From Octopus sinensis (lineage: Eukaryota), in the NCBI RefSeq assembly GCF_006345805.1, contig NW_021832226.1:558001-622000 (forward strand): a stretch of 64,000 nucleotides of DNA, read 5' to 3'. Position numbers and translations under genes: made by a program. The notes beneath the pieces were generated by a model that had not been told where the DNA came from, did not search any database, and saw only the letters and a list, made by a program, of their open reading frames with translations. Of this stretch, positions 35,803-49,149 are shown in pieces (position 1 is the first letter of the stretch; each line of letters begins with the position of its first letter).

Positions 35803-37005
35803 TGTCACCGTCCAGACCGGCCGGGGCGCCAGATCGGTCAGGTCAATTATCTAAATACAAAACAAATATTTTTCCTATGAAACATTTCATTGCAAAAAAA
35901 TATTGATAATAAAAAAATAAAATCTTATTAATAAAAAAGTTCTAAAAAGTTGAAAAGATTAGCATTAATCAATGGTTTTAGTTGAATTAACTCGAGACAC
36001 CCTCGAAAAAATTAGGGAGTATTTGGAATCAGGCCACCTTGATGATTCCTTGAGTTCGGAAGAAAGGGCACGAATACGGAGATATGCCAAAAATTTAGTT
36101 TCAAGGAGAACAACACCTACATTTCTAAAAATGGCTCAAAGTTGCGTTTCTTTTGTATCGAAGACGCTGAACTTAAGTTAAAATTCATTGAAGTAGTATA
36201 TTTGTCTATTTAAATTAGGTTCAACACAATCTTAATCACTTTGAACGTGATAGGTTGTACAGTTTATTGACATTCACAATTTATGGTGCCATACGCACTG
36301 ATGTGGCTTTGAAAATGGAAATATGATGAAGTGAAAAGTGGCGATAAAGTATTAATACGGCATGATAGCGATGCAAACCCGGGTTATAGAAAATACCCAT
36401 TATACGACGAAATATCTGCACAAAAATATATTGTGAAAAATAGGGGTCGAGAACTCGTAACGATAATTAATTAAGAGGATGAAAAAGATCAAAGGATACA
36501 TATTAGGAGAGTAAAAAAACTTTAACTGCAAATATTCATGGGGTTCGTTCTGTGTTTTTTCTCGTTTCATATTTATTTAAATGTGAAATAATTGTGCCAT
36601 TGTTACAAATTCGACGCGGCCGAAGGCCGCATAGGGAAAAATATTCACATTGAATTATCCGGCCGTAGGCCGGATTGTATTTTAGAGTTTTAATGATAAA
36701 AATAGAAATTTACAACATTTTTAAAAATTAAAAATGGATTTTTCTAATAAACTTTAGTGTTGAGAATTGTTTGGCTAACCTTGGTTAAAGCGTTTTTAAA
36801 TAAAATGCAAAATCAATACAGTAATTATCTGGAAATGACTGGATGTTGGTTTTTTATGAACTCAGTAACTTCAATATTTTGGCAAAAATAATATTAAAAT
36901 CAACAAAAGAATGAACAGAAAAAGAAAATAACTTCCGAAAGGTAGTTTTTATTAAAAATTTTATACATAACCGATCTGGCGCCCCGACCTATCTGGACGG
37001 TGACA
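35803..37005 (+). mobile_element. Ginger-like DNA transposon, internally deleted; about 40-bp TIRs, 5-bp TSD TTATA
   Basis: TGTCACCGTCCAGA..GGGGCGCCAGATCGGT and its inverted copy at 36968-37005; TTATA at 35798-35802 and 37006-37010; shares integrase N- and C-terminal coding with 29423-30614. Confidence 0.85.
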
Positions 37006-37399
37006 TTATATATATTTTTTAGTTATAATTTTTGAATTTTATTTTATAATAACTAATAATAACGTGTTTCTGTTGTTTTGATGGATGTAATTTTGATGGA
37101 TGTGAAGGTTCTGAGGGCTTCAGAGAACCCGATAATAGTGATAAACATTCATTTCTCGACAAGGTCGTTTTGGATCGATTAATTTGACAATGGATCGATT
37201 AATTCAAAAGTACCAATTCGGAGCGAAAATAACGGATCATTTCCCGACAAGTAAAGACTAAAATTGTTAAATGAAATTAAAAATAAACATCTTTTGGTTT
37301 TAAATTAACAAAACGTTAGTTTTTTTCGTTAATATTAGAAAACTCCTCTATCTGGGGAAACCCCTGTTTTTGGGGCACTAGGTGCCCCAAAAAGAGGTT

Positions 37400-37790
37400 A
37401 GACTGTAGTGAGTTTCCGTGGACTCTCGCAAGGTATTTGTTCATGAATGCCTCTTCCTAAACTCCCTGGCAATTCCTTCGAGTACCTAACTGTGTTGACA
37501 CCGAGATTCATGAGTTGAGAGCTTCTTTTGATAAACAAGAATCAATTCCTCTCTATTTGCCTGGACACGCCTCAACTCATTAAGTTTCCATTTGGCAGGT
37601 CGTGCTCGACGATGTACAGTACTCGCCAAGGTGGAATCTTACTTTTGATTTCATCCTCCAGTGAACGCTTCTAGCTCGGCCTGTCTTGCAGCTATCTTTG
37701 CGACAATGTTTTTCCTCCACCTACTCTTTGGCCTAGGCTTCTGGGTAAATTCTTCGTAGGTTATCTGTGCCGAGTGAAAATGAATGTTAA
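37400..37790 (-). mobile_element. R4-like retroelement pre-RT region
   Basis: PRPKSRWRKNIVAKIAARQAEL.., similar to the R4 PPWKRRLE region. Confidence 0.5.
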
Positions 37791-37792
37791 TA

Positions 37793-38603
37793 TGTCACTG
37801 GTGATCAGACCCCTATGGGCAACCTGGCCTTACGTGTTACCATGGCAACTAATAGCAAATATTTTACTAACAGGCCAACTAATATAAAGACAAACGATTC
37901 GTACTAATGATTGAACTTTAAATTTTTGATAAAATGATGTTTTATATTTGAACCATGGTTGCTTTAAAATAGTAAAATTATTTACAACATTAGCAAATTA
38001 TAATTGAATTATTTTTGTATTTGGATAATATAAATTGCAAACATTAGTAAATTATAATTTACATCAAATTTTTTTGACAAGTTTGTAACAACTTTAACTC
38101 TAACCTTAACCCAAACCCTAACGTTGGCAAGTGACAAAAAAATATATTCAAATCTAACCCTAACTTAACGTTGGCAAGTGACACATAAATATTCAAAATC
38201 TAACCCTAACTGAAATTAAATGATGTTTTCTGCTGACGATTCTTCAGACATTTTTGACAAAAATGGAAGCCTTTTTGGCCAACCGGTGTTTGCTTCGAGC
38301 ATTCATATCCTCCGGAATATCCCGATTAACGCTCCTTAATTTGATTGTATTCGTAATATTTCTGACGTAACCCTTAAACCAGACATCACAAAGTGTGAGT
38401 AACACGCTGTTTAAATTAATATACTTTTGGGTAAGCCATTTTAAAAGATAATTCAAATGTAATTTTAAAATTAGAATAATTGATTAATCTACACTCTTCC
38501 ATATATAACATTGCTATATTAAATATTAAACCTTTTCTGCGGGTTCCATAGAAAACACGTAAAAGGACTGGCTGCCCATAGCGACATAGTCGCCCATGTG
38601 ACA
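37793..38603. mobile_element. Non-autonomous TGT...ACA element, 5-bp TSD TAATA, subterminal IRs and TAACCC-like repeats
   Basis: TGTCAC and GTGACA ends; CTATGGGCA..TTACGTGTT (37813-) inverted at 38553-38581; hairpin GCGAC-ATA-GTCGC; TAATA at 37788-37792 and 38604-38608. Confidence 0.8.
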
Positions 38604-38807
38604 TAATACCACTCGCAATTTGTATTTTCCAAAGGATTTGATTTAAATTTATATAACCTTTTTAGACATTTGCCCGACTAAACCATTGTACGGTTAACAT
38701 TAAAAAATGTTCAAATTAGTTAAAAAATTATTATTAAAACATTCTACCAAAATTTAAAGGATTAATTATTTTTTGTATTCCTATAAAATGATAAAATATT
38801 CAATTTA

Positions 38808-39163
38808 ATGGACGAACTAGCTTTACGTGCAAAGATATTGACCGTTCTTAATAATAGTGGACAAATGGCAAGGTAAACATTATATGCACTAAATTCAGAA
38901 TAAAGGAGCAACTTAAACAAGATCTTGCATCAACCGGGTGGAATGAATCCCTTCAAAAACACTGCAATGAACTTATACAATGCGAAGGTGTAGAAAGCCT
39001 AAATTTAGAGGATGTGACAAATAGACTCACTCCAATTGCTCATCGTGAGTAGATGAGTCGATTACCCCATTTAGAGATCGTTCCTGCTTCAGCTAAAGAA
39101 CATTTGTTACAAAATATTAAAAATGCCCTAATAGATCAGGGATACGAAGATTTACTCACTTGA
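38808..39163 (+). CDS. ENY2: Transcription and mRNA export factor ENY2/Sus1; introns 26 and 30 nt
   Basis: LRAKI..LNNSGQMAR|IKEQLKQDLASTGWNESLQKHCNELI..LTPIAH|EIVPASAKEHLLQNIK. Confidence 0.9.
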
Positions 39164-39244
39164 TTTATAACACGTGTTTCTTTATTTTTAAATATCTGCA
39201 CTTAACTAGGAAACAATGATTAATTGAAAGAGTGAAAAAACAGG

Positions 39245-39746
39245 TCAGTAATAATTATTCCTACGGCGAGATTGAATATTAGGAGGGCAGATTGACACAC
39301 TGAGGTAGTCCCCCACTCTAAATCTACGGGAATCGAGAGTGATGTCATCATCTGACGTCTTCTCCCCCACAATTAGCGTGCCGATATCTCTACGCAAGAA
39401 TTTGTTGCTTCTTTTATCGGGGTAGACCTCGCTAAAGTTAACTACTGTGCCACGTCGCTTTATTTCCGGCTTGACCTGTCTAATCAGACAACATAGTTCT
39501 CGGAGAGAGGCGTCCATCCTATGGTTGCCACTCATAGACATACCATGTGTATATTTGGAATTCTCCATTTGGCAGTTCGTTGTTACGAAAACTACTCAAA
39601 TCGTGATGTCCACCAATGTTACAGAATATGCGGATTAGGTGGGGACAAATCTTGTCTATTACTCAATTTAGTACTTTTTGACGGTCTACTTTCTCGTATT
39701 CCTTAGAATTGTCTTCCTGTACAACTAGAGATTGAGGAACAGCCAT
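39245..39746 (-). CDS. SAP18: Histone deacetylase complex subunit SAP18; introns 24 and 25 nt
   Basis: KVDRQK|ICPHLIRIF...FQIYTW|MDASLRELCCLIRQVKPE...TLDSRRFRVGDYLSVSICPP. Confidence 0.95.
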
Positions 39747-40089
39747 GTGCCACAACAAAGTAAAACAAAATCATTTATTAGTAATTAATAATAATAATTT
39801 TAAAGAATAAAATTTAATATTATTAAGATATAATTTATGTTACAGTCTTGATCTGATCAGTACCTTTGTATCCGGAATGTGAGGTGTTAACGTTCTCTTT
39901 TGCACAAATATATTTTTCACACTTGATATCCGCTAGCCCACGACTCAATCCCATGTACAAAAAACTTCAACTCGCAAGAGTTCTGGAACATCACAAGGTG
40001 TCGCATGAGACGAAAATAACAGAATATTAAAGCTCTAAGATAGCAGATTACACACTTATTACCCTCCTAACGACATGTATTCACTACGG

Positions 40090-41240
40090 ACTGGAATTTG
40101 TAATCGACCGAGAATTTGACAAGCATGTATCCTGGATGTGGTCCGTCTCAGACAGGATTTCGGGGTTTCAAAACAAATGGGAAACCAGACCCAAAAACGG
40201 ACTGGAGAGATTCCAGCTTCCTCCCACTGCTTCCGATTCTCCGCCTTCTCTCAGGATCTGGTTCTACTGATGTCTCGTGGTGGGTACTTCTTCCATTCAG
40301 TCGCTCATTGATTGTTCTAACATCCACTAAAATATTTGTTCCGTGATTTGCCCCCGTAGCTGAAAGTTTGTGTTTCGGAAGCATGCTCTCTAATGTCTTT
40401 TTAATCACGATCGTCTGGACATAAACACGAATCGAATTTTTGACTTTTACGGAGTTTTAATAGTGCTTGTAAAATTCGGATATTATTCTATTCCATGTGA
40501 GAACTAGTGGTACGACGTTCACTTTTTGATTGTGGATTAACTTTAAATCACTTGCAAAAAGATCGTATTTGTGTAATTTTTTAACTTTCACATGCTTTAA
40601 AGATTGTTGAGAAGTAATCCCAACTTTGACGAGCGTAAGTAATGATATTCTGAACCTTGTTGTAGACAAAAATGTCCGATTTATTATTAGCTTTAGTATC
40701 CGTCTTGATCGTCATGTCCATGCGTTTTTCGACCATCTCATTAGAGACAGTCTACTAAACAAAGTGGGTCTTCAACTTCCTATATCTCACATACACCTTA
40801 CCACCTAATTGTGGCGACGCAGGTAATCGCTGTTCAACATTCTGCCACATTTTGTAGCAAAATAATCCACAGTTTTTTTGACGGCATTTCAATGGTTGTA
40901 ACTACTACCTCCGCTGTCAAAGTTGCCGTCCTGAATCATACACAGCATTCCCTCTACCTTGGAGAGTTGTTCCCATGTGATAACAACAAAGACAATTCCT
41001 TCAAATCCACATCTAAATCATTATTGCAATTAAACCAAATAGAGTAAAGGGGGTTTCTTTGTATCTGCTTAATTAAGTATTTTCGTTGTACATCCTTCAA
41101 AACGTTCTGTTTAAGGCTTTCCGGAGTTGCCAATTGATACTTTCTGCATAGGAATTTTTGATAGTCGCCATGCTTTCTTTCATGTGTATTCAATGGCGCA
41201 TCAAAACCTTGCGCATATTCTTTTAATATTCTCAAATTCG
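40090..41240 (-). mobile_element. R4-like retroelement remnant (CCHC, REL, 3' ORF tail)
   Basis: HGNNSPR, TKCGRML..DYLRRHN, VGITSQQ..KKLHKYDL. Confidence 0.75.
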
Positions 41241-42768
41241 TCCGATGTAATAGCTACAAAACGACAATGCATGCTCGGCAGCCTTGAAAAAATTTGGAGA
41301 ATTCAGTTTTATTTTGTCTCCAGAGAAGTTGAAAATGATAATTTTTCGACAGACTTTCAGATAATAAAATCCAAGTCAGACAACAAGTTGGGTTCCTGGA
41401 AACACGGAGATGAACGGAGTAAGTAGATGAGATGCAGGATAGAAAGATAGTTTTTAATGAGAAATAGCTCACGTGTGCATCGAGGTCGAAGATTCGTTCC
41501 AGGGTCAGAACTAACTTACCTCTCTTATCCCCGATTGCAGTGGATATTCCTCCACCGGAGATTGGCAAACCAAGGATAATCAGATCTTTCAGATTTGTAA
41601 ATCTGTGACCGACAACCTTTTTAGAAAGAGATGCGAAGGGCTGATCGAATAGAGAGTAGTCAGGGGAAAGGCGAGTGAACTCCGACTTGGAACCATTGAG
41701 GGATAGACCTCAGACGCAGAGATTAGCAAATTTTTCCAAAATAAAAGATTCAATTTTTTATTATATTATTTATTTTGGATGACCCCGGTTTGCTTGTACT
41801 TCTTATATATTATTATTTGACATATTTATTTTGATTTTTATATGGTTCATAAAAAAATCAAAGATTAATCAGTAAAGTTTTATGGTTAAATAATAATTAC
41901 ATCAACTAGAAGTTAACAAAGCAATTCATCCGAAGTGGACCCCGCCGACATTATCGACGTTGCGTTGCCTCTCACGATAGCAACAGAGATCAACTGGAGA
42001 AGCCACTGGGTCTCACGTATGTCGTGGCTTTTTAGTGTGGCTAAGCATCCAAGCTTCTTTAGGAAGCGAAGCGATTTCCCACTTATTCCTCCAGTTTTCT
42101 CGACCACAATCGGAAAGATTAATTATGTAACAAAAATTAAAATTGCTAAAAATATGGAATATGGTCAGTTTTCAAAACTAGATCTCGCAAAAAATATAAA
42201 ACGAGCAAAGGTATCGTTTTATCTAATATATTGGAAAAAACGGAAGCAAGTAAGTAAGCAATGAAAATCTATGATCCAATAAAATATTATGCTGCTCTAA
42301 AATCCAAGGTGTTAAAAAAATATGATTAAATTTTTATTATATTATTTATTTTGGATGACTGCGGTCTGTGACACATATTTATTTGATTTAATTACAAAAT
42401 GTTATTGTACTTCTTATATACATTATTGGACATTATTGGACATAAAAGATTTATTAATTGGTTTTGTTCCGAGTCAGTTTTATAAATAAACTTTAAAAAT
42501 TTTTTACACGTGTATTTATATTATAAGATAAAAAGTAAAAAGGACACGGTTAAAAGGTATTTGCGGTGGCATGCATGATGGAATGTGCATTACTGCGGAT
42601 GACGCCTATTCCGATTTGTTTGAACAACCATGACACTTCCCGGGGCTCCCCTCTCACATAGCGACTTTTCCTTAGACTTCTTTGATCAAAGAAGTCGTTA
42701 AAGGCCTGTTGCCCCAGATTTCTCCACAGCGATAGGGATGAAACAATACCGTTGTCCAGGATTTTCAT
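41240..42768 (-). mobile_element. Cluster of CRE-like remnants (41240-41720, 41913-42107, 42550-42768) with shared 3' UTR
   Basis: LPISGGGI; WLLQLISVAIVRGNA; WLFKQIGIGVIRSNA; shared tttattatattatttattttggatgac. Confidence 0.7.
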
Positions 42769-43352
42769 ATTTGGCTATTTTTAGCTTAAAAATAAATAGC
42801 AAAAAAGATTAATAAAAATCACAAATTTTCAATAAATTGTATATTTTTGCAAACAAATTAATGATGAATCTACTGGAAAGTGCGAAAATTATTCTAAAAA
42901 GTTTAATTTAATTTTTTATCGAAAACTTGAAAACATGGATTCCTTAAAACAAAAAGAATCGCAAAAACAAACAATTTTCAAAAACAAAATTAATTAAAGA
43001 ATAAACGTTAATAGGGATATTATAATTTATGACAAAAATTGTCAATCTCAATTACTTAGTTACCAAGAAACCGCGAACCATTAACAAACAAAGCACGCAT
43101 AAACACGCAAAAACGTTGATTTTTTTCAAATCTGTCTTTGACTATAAAACTTCTTTATATAATATAATAACTTTAAAACTCACAAAATGGTTGATTTAAA
43201 AAAAATGCATTCGCGTGTATAAACTATTGATAAAATCATGATAAAAAGCCAAGGTAATCAATTTTGAAAGATAATTTAAAATTAGTTTTCATAAAATTAA
43301 TTATATAATATAATGTTAAAAATATATTTTAGGAATGTGTATCGGATATACT

Positions 43353-44875
43353 CTATGTAAAATTTACTTCAGAGTTTTGAATATCTTTTGGAGAATTATT
43401 TTTAATTCCTAAAGATCTAAAATATATTTAATTTTTATTACATGTTAAATTTCTTAATTTTTTTACGCAGAAAAATATTTTGATTTTTAAGTTTTTTAAC
43501 TTTAACTGATAATGTTTTTTTTTCTTCTGATATTTTAAGGAGTTCATTTTTTATTAGGTTGTACTTGTCATTTAATATTAATTAAATTTACTTCAAATGT
43601 ATGCTTCCTTGTCATTTCTGATTTTATTTGGCTAATTTGATTATCAAAAAGTTTCGAAATGGTTTTAATTTGTTCTGAACTTAAAACAAATTTTTCTTTT
43701 TCATTTTCTTTACTGAGTTTCTGAAAGATTGTAGTCGAGTCTATGACACTGTTCTCTTTATTTACTAAATTAAATTATTCCCATGAAAAAACCGAGCTCG
43801 TCCACTTCCAATAAGAGTTTCTCGGATGTCAATTCGGATTCGGATCTATAATTAGATTCAATTAACATTTTGATTAAAATAATGTAAATATTTTACTTAA
43901 TTGATTTTGATTCTTCTTCAATTTTCTCGTAATTATCATTAACGGGTTCACTAAATGTTGTCAATTAGTTTGTGAAATAAAGAAACATTAATATGTTAGT
44001 GATATTACTTATAAATAATACTCTTATTTTAAGCCATTTTGGGTTATATAAATCAAAGTTTTTACTTACCTAACAAATGTGATATGAGGCCAAGCCCTAA
44101 GATCAGTCTCTCGAATTGGCACTTCTTTCCTCATAAAGACATCTTTTGAAATTTCATCATCCTAAAAAATATAGAAAATATAATCTACAGAATTATGTAT
44201 AAACTTATTCTTCATATCTTCAATAATTTGTACACAAAAGGGATCTGAGTTGTTAGACGCAAATATAAAATGACGCCATTTGGATCGTTCAAGTCCCCAA
44301 TGCTTTACGGATCTTATTTTAACGTCATGCGTGTGCATGACAAACTCCTCGGGGTTTAACATCCCGAAACATTCCTGGCATATTATGCACTTGTCGGACT
44401 CAGTGTTGTACAATTTTTGTTCAAAAAATCCATTTGATCTTCCAAAACAGTAGTGATGAATTAATGTAGCCTGTTTCGACAAAGGAAACTCATATTTTGG
44501 TAGATTTTCTGGAAGAAGCAATTGGCACAGACGCTCAGCCTCGGAAAGATTTATTAAACCGCAGCCAGGAGCTTCTATAGGAATTGTTTTTGAATTTTTG
44601 AGTGCCATTAGTTGTAGTACATTGCATCTTCCACATACGACATTCATTTTTTGACAGGTCTCGTTGATTTTTTTAAGGGAAATGTCTTTAAGAACAGTAT
44701 TGAGAAATACTGAGAGAACTAGTCTCTTTTCCCCATTTACTTGAAAACACGGAATCGACTCGTTTCGTACAATCGTTAAAATTTTAGTGCACGAGCCGTC
44801 ATTTAGATGTGGAGGTACTTGTAAATAAGAATCCATTCCCGCTTGCTTCCTATGGTTTGAGATAAATGGAATCAT
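43353..44875 (-). CDS. SKI: Ski/SnoN-family transcriptional co-repressor (DHD and SAND-like domains); exons below 44160 and the true start are tentative
   Basis: ESIPCFQVNGEKRLVLS..CGLINLSEAERLCQLL; HHYCFG..CIICQECFGMLNPEEFVMHTH..HWGLERSKWR. Confidence 0.88.
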
Positions 44876-45699
44876 TTCTGGTAAGTAAGTGGGAGATTAT
44901 AAAACAAGATTACGGCCAGAAAGTATTTTTGTAGGCTTAGTGGAACGGCAAAATATCAATAGACGCTAATCAGTCGATAGACGTATTGATTGCAAAGTAT
45001 ATTATCTACATTTTCTCTCTATTAAGCTTTCATTAGTATCACGGAAATGGAATTTTTTCCGTGTTTATACTCGGTAGCAACGCCTTATCGTCAAATTAAA
45101 ATAAAAGTGCATTTGCCTCTAATCAATATTTTTAAGACTTGCGGATAGACAAGAATGTGATCAAATTATCGTTAACTAAAGACCATTTTTTGTGGTTATT
45201 TGACAATAATCTTTTGTTTTTTTAGATCAATAAAAAGGAAACATAACATTAAATGTGATATTATTTGAATCCCAGAAAAATCTTTAATGTCACGTTTACT
45301 CCAAAAATTATGTCCCATTATTTTGTCTCCCTATGGGGTTGTTTTGTTCATCGTCATCAAATATAGAATCTCACCGTTTTTCCACTGATTTGCGTTCTTC
45401 GTCAAATGTGTTAGGTGAGTGAGACATATTTTTAAAACTAAATTTGTATTTTATGATTATGCTCTCCAATGTTTTTTTTAACCAAACAATGTATCATGCC
45501 AGCTGAGACACGACATAGGTCATCGTATGCCTGTTAAATTATGCTTAAACACATGTAACTAAGTTTAATAAATTATACAAATAAAGATTACAAATAAATA
45601 TTTCATCCAGACTATAGATTCTTTTGATTTAGTTAATATAATTTCTAATTTATAGAAGCAATATTTCATCTTGTAAATTGCAGGGTGAGCATCTCAAAA

Positions 45700-45960
45700 A
45701 GTATAATAGTTTGGAGACGTGGATACAATTTTTGAGGAGGAAAAAAACCGTATGAAAGTCAAGTAGAAAGAGGCGTTCAGAAAAACAGAACATTCCACCA
45801 CTTTTAGCTCGGAGGTGGTTTTGCAATTCTGACTCCCCGAAAGGAAACCTGAGAAAATAAACACATTGAGGTGTGCTCGGGAAGTTTTATGGTTGCTCCA
45901 ACAAATCGGAATAGCTATCGTTCGCGGGAATGCATACTCCATTAAGCGTCTAACCGCATG
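45700..45960 (+). mobile_element. CRE-like REL 3' fragment
   Basis: REVLWLLQQIGIAIVRGNAYSI on the plus strand; the listed minus ORF is a shadow. Confidence 0.65.
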
Positions 45961-48049
45961 TGTCGTTTGACCGTGCTCTTTATTCCATTCCTTAACAATG
46001 TAGTTTATTTTTCATAAATAAAATTGTTTTTTTAAAAAATTAGAGAAATTTTTTTAGAATTTTAAATCACAATAAAAAAATATTCTACGGTTGGCTCGAG
46101 TTAAAATGAAATTTTAGAAATTGGAATAAATATCTTATCATTTTTATTTTTAAAATTTGTTTTTTGGCTTTGCTCCTCTTGATTATTAAAACTTTCAGAA
46201 ATTATAATCTTGGTATCACTTATATTGGTCTGAATTTACTTGACAGGTCTGGATTTTTTAGTTAGAACTTTTTATCATTTAAAATAATTAAAGATTTCTA
46301 AAAGAGGCTGGGATCACCCGAAATAGTTAATTATGGTTATGACGGTGTTTTTGGTCCTAAATAAATAAAATAAGAAAACGTCTGATAGTTTTACCTGTAA
46401 AGATTTTCAACTACACATGATGCAACCTCTGGTCCATGTGTCATTCATGTGTTCTCGCGAGCTCGGACGTAATTTGAGACAAGCGAAGGTTGGTACCATT
46501 CAATTCAGAGACAGATGAATTTGACCAGGGGAGTTTACTCTGAGATAGCTTAAGAGAAAACACGACTAGTTTACTTAAATATAGTGAGGATGCTACTGCA
46601 CCTCTTTAAAAAATACTAAGCTTTAGAAGAGTTCTAATTAAATGCTTTTTTGAAAACACATAGAAACGCACTGGTCTGAGTACCATTTCCAAGACGGGAA
46701 AAGCAGAAATTTGTCTTTTTACAAAGTTGCCCATATTTGTGTAGATTAAACTAAACCACCAACGGTGTCCAATTTAGAAATATTTTTAATTCAATAATCA
46801 GATTTATTTAGTTTTTTGCTACTTATAATAATGTAAATTTTTAGTTCAGACTGGAAACAATCTATTGGTCCAAACCCCCCGATAAGATTCGAAATGTCAA
46901 ATAACCGCTTTTCAGATAAGACATGATCTTTTAAGATATTGCCAAATTCTTTTCTATCAACTATCTTTTTTATTTTGAAAACAAATTGATTAACGATCCA
47001 GATATCAGAATTTTTAATAATTTTGAGTAGAAAATATTTATCAAATGACCGAAGATCTAAGGAGTATATAACTATAAGTCAAAATGGAAAACCTTGTCAT
47101 TTTTAACATCCCCCGCCTTTACAGAAGATGCGGGTCAACGCCAAATGATCAAAACACATCACCCAATCTGACACTATGCTAACTCACGATCTCATCTCGT
47201 AAATCATGGACAGTGATCTACGACTTTCTATCTGACCATAATCCACTCATAATCATTATCAACCTCCTTTCTCAAATGGACAAAAACCGCAACTCAACTA
47301 TTAACTACAAACGAGCACGATGGGCTGCCTATCAGATGAAAACAGAAAGTGCATTACAAAACTTCTTTCTCTTTTTTTCTCTTTACCTTTAAGACCAGCG
47401 GTGTCATCGACAGCCTACACGTGCTGTTTTTTTCGGATCTCAGCCAAGACCTATGAATGTCGAGAGACCAGCATGATATTCAAACAGATTAAGGAAAACA
47501 TTTTGCCGGCAACTTTATTTCCTTAAAATGAACTATATTTTTGTATAAATAATTTAAAATAGTTTAATCTACCTTCTTTTGATATGCCGATTTTAAATTG
47601 AAATTAAAAACTTACAAGATTCTATTTTAAGAAGGAAGTCGACGTGCTATGTTTCGAACAAAATAATTTTAATATGAATTCGTTTCGTAGATTTAGTTGA
47701 ACTAGAAAAATTATTATTGTTATTAGCACTTTCACGGGAGCTATATTTTGTATAACTCCGCATTTGCAGTAAAAGACATTGGAGAACTAATTACAGTGCT
47801 GGTAAATTAAAATCTTCAAAATTTTAAACGATTAATGAACTTTTTATAAATAAAAAAATTATAAATCTAATCAACTCCAAAGAGTTCAATTCAGTTGGAA
47901 AATTGAATGCTATCCGCCAAAAAAAAGTTAGTAACTATAAAACCGGTTTTTTTACCAACACTATAGATTGCTCCAAGCTTTCCTGTTCTTAGCTAGGTTC
48001 TTCAGAAAATTCAGATTAATCTTTTCTTTACGCTTTTCAGATCGTTTTA

Positions 48050-48840
48050 TTAAACCATCGGGAGGGTAGTTGTCGGTATCACACAGAAACGACCTACGTT
48101 AAAGAAGGGGTAGTAATCCTCCATTGCGATGTTCGAGGGGGATGTCGGGTCTAACCTCAGGACGTGCCCAAAAATTCTCCGACGAGAGCTAATGATGTCG
48201 CGACCTATTGGCGTAGAGTCACACTTATTGTACAGTCCATCACTTCTATTTTTCCTTGGTATAATAGTTTCAGTTTGCTCATAGCGGCCTCCAGGTATAT
48301 TGTGAATAGTAGCGGAGATAGGGAGTTTCCCTGAGGAATGCCTGTGTTTGTTTCAAATTTCCTTGAGTAGGTTTTTCTAACTCTCACAAGGAGCTCTGTA
48401 TTAGATAGAAGAACTTCGGTCATTCTTAGATTCAATTCGTCAATAATCCCTTCCAGCACTGTCATCAGTTTGTTCTTGTTAACCAAGTCAAAGGTTTTTG
48501 ATAGATCTATTCCCAAAATGTGAGTGGCATTGTAATATCTTTGATGTGTTACACATCTCCACCTGTGACTCCATACAGCATCAGCTGTTGATCTTCCTTC
48601 TCTGAACCCACTTTGACTATTGGGTAGGTATTCATAGACTGGTCCTTTTATTCGTTCCAATACAATGTTAGCTAAGACTTTCCGTAGAGAATTTAATAAT
48701 ATAAAATATGGCAGTAGGTGGGTTATCCAACCCAGTGGGCTATAAAACCGGTGACATAATATAATTGGTTGTAGGTTTTCAACCGGTCCTTTTGGTTTAT
48801 TCGGTTTTGGTATAGGTATTAGTAATTCAGTCCCCAGGGG
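48050..48840 (-). mobile_element. RTE-like LINE RT remnant
   Basis: QSGFREGRSTAD, GIDLSKTFD, GIPQGNSLSPLLF, RRRIFGHVLRL. Confidence 0.8.
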
Positions 48841-49149
48841 TAAAGTTGTGTTAGTTGAAAGATTTCATTTAGTAATGTAGCGATTTTTTCAAAAAGGGTT
48901 TCACGGCCATATTTTAGTAATTCCGGGTTTATCGTATCTAGTCCAGGGTTTTTTTAGTTTTTGACATGTCGGAAATTATGTTAGTGACATTGAAATTGGT
49001 TATAAAATTTAAACCGTAAAATTATGCTAGTATTTAGAGTTTAACAGATTCGGCAGCGTCGCCCTGAAAGGGAAAATAATTTCGCTATACGATTTAAATA
49101 TGTCCTATATTAAAATTAGAAAGAAATCAAGGTGCATATTCAACAGTCG

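Noticed and set aside
29423-37005. TGT...ACA elements as solo LTRs
   Set aside because: They have long inverted termini and internal integrase coding, which fits DNA transposons; I saw no PBS, PPT or paired LTRs.
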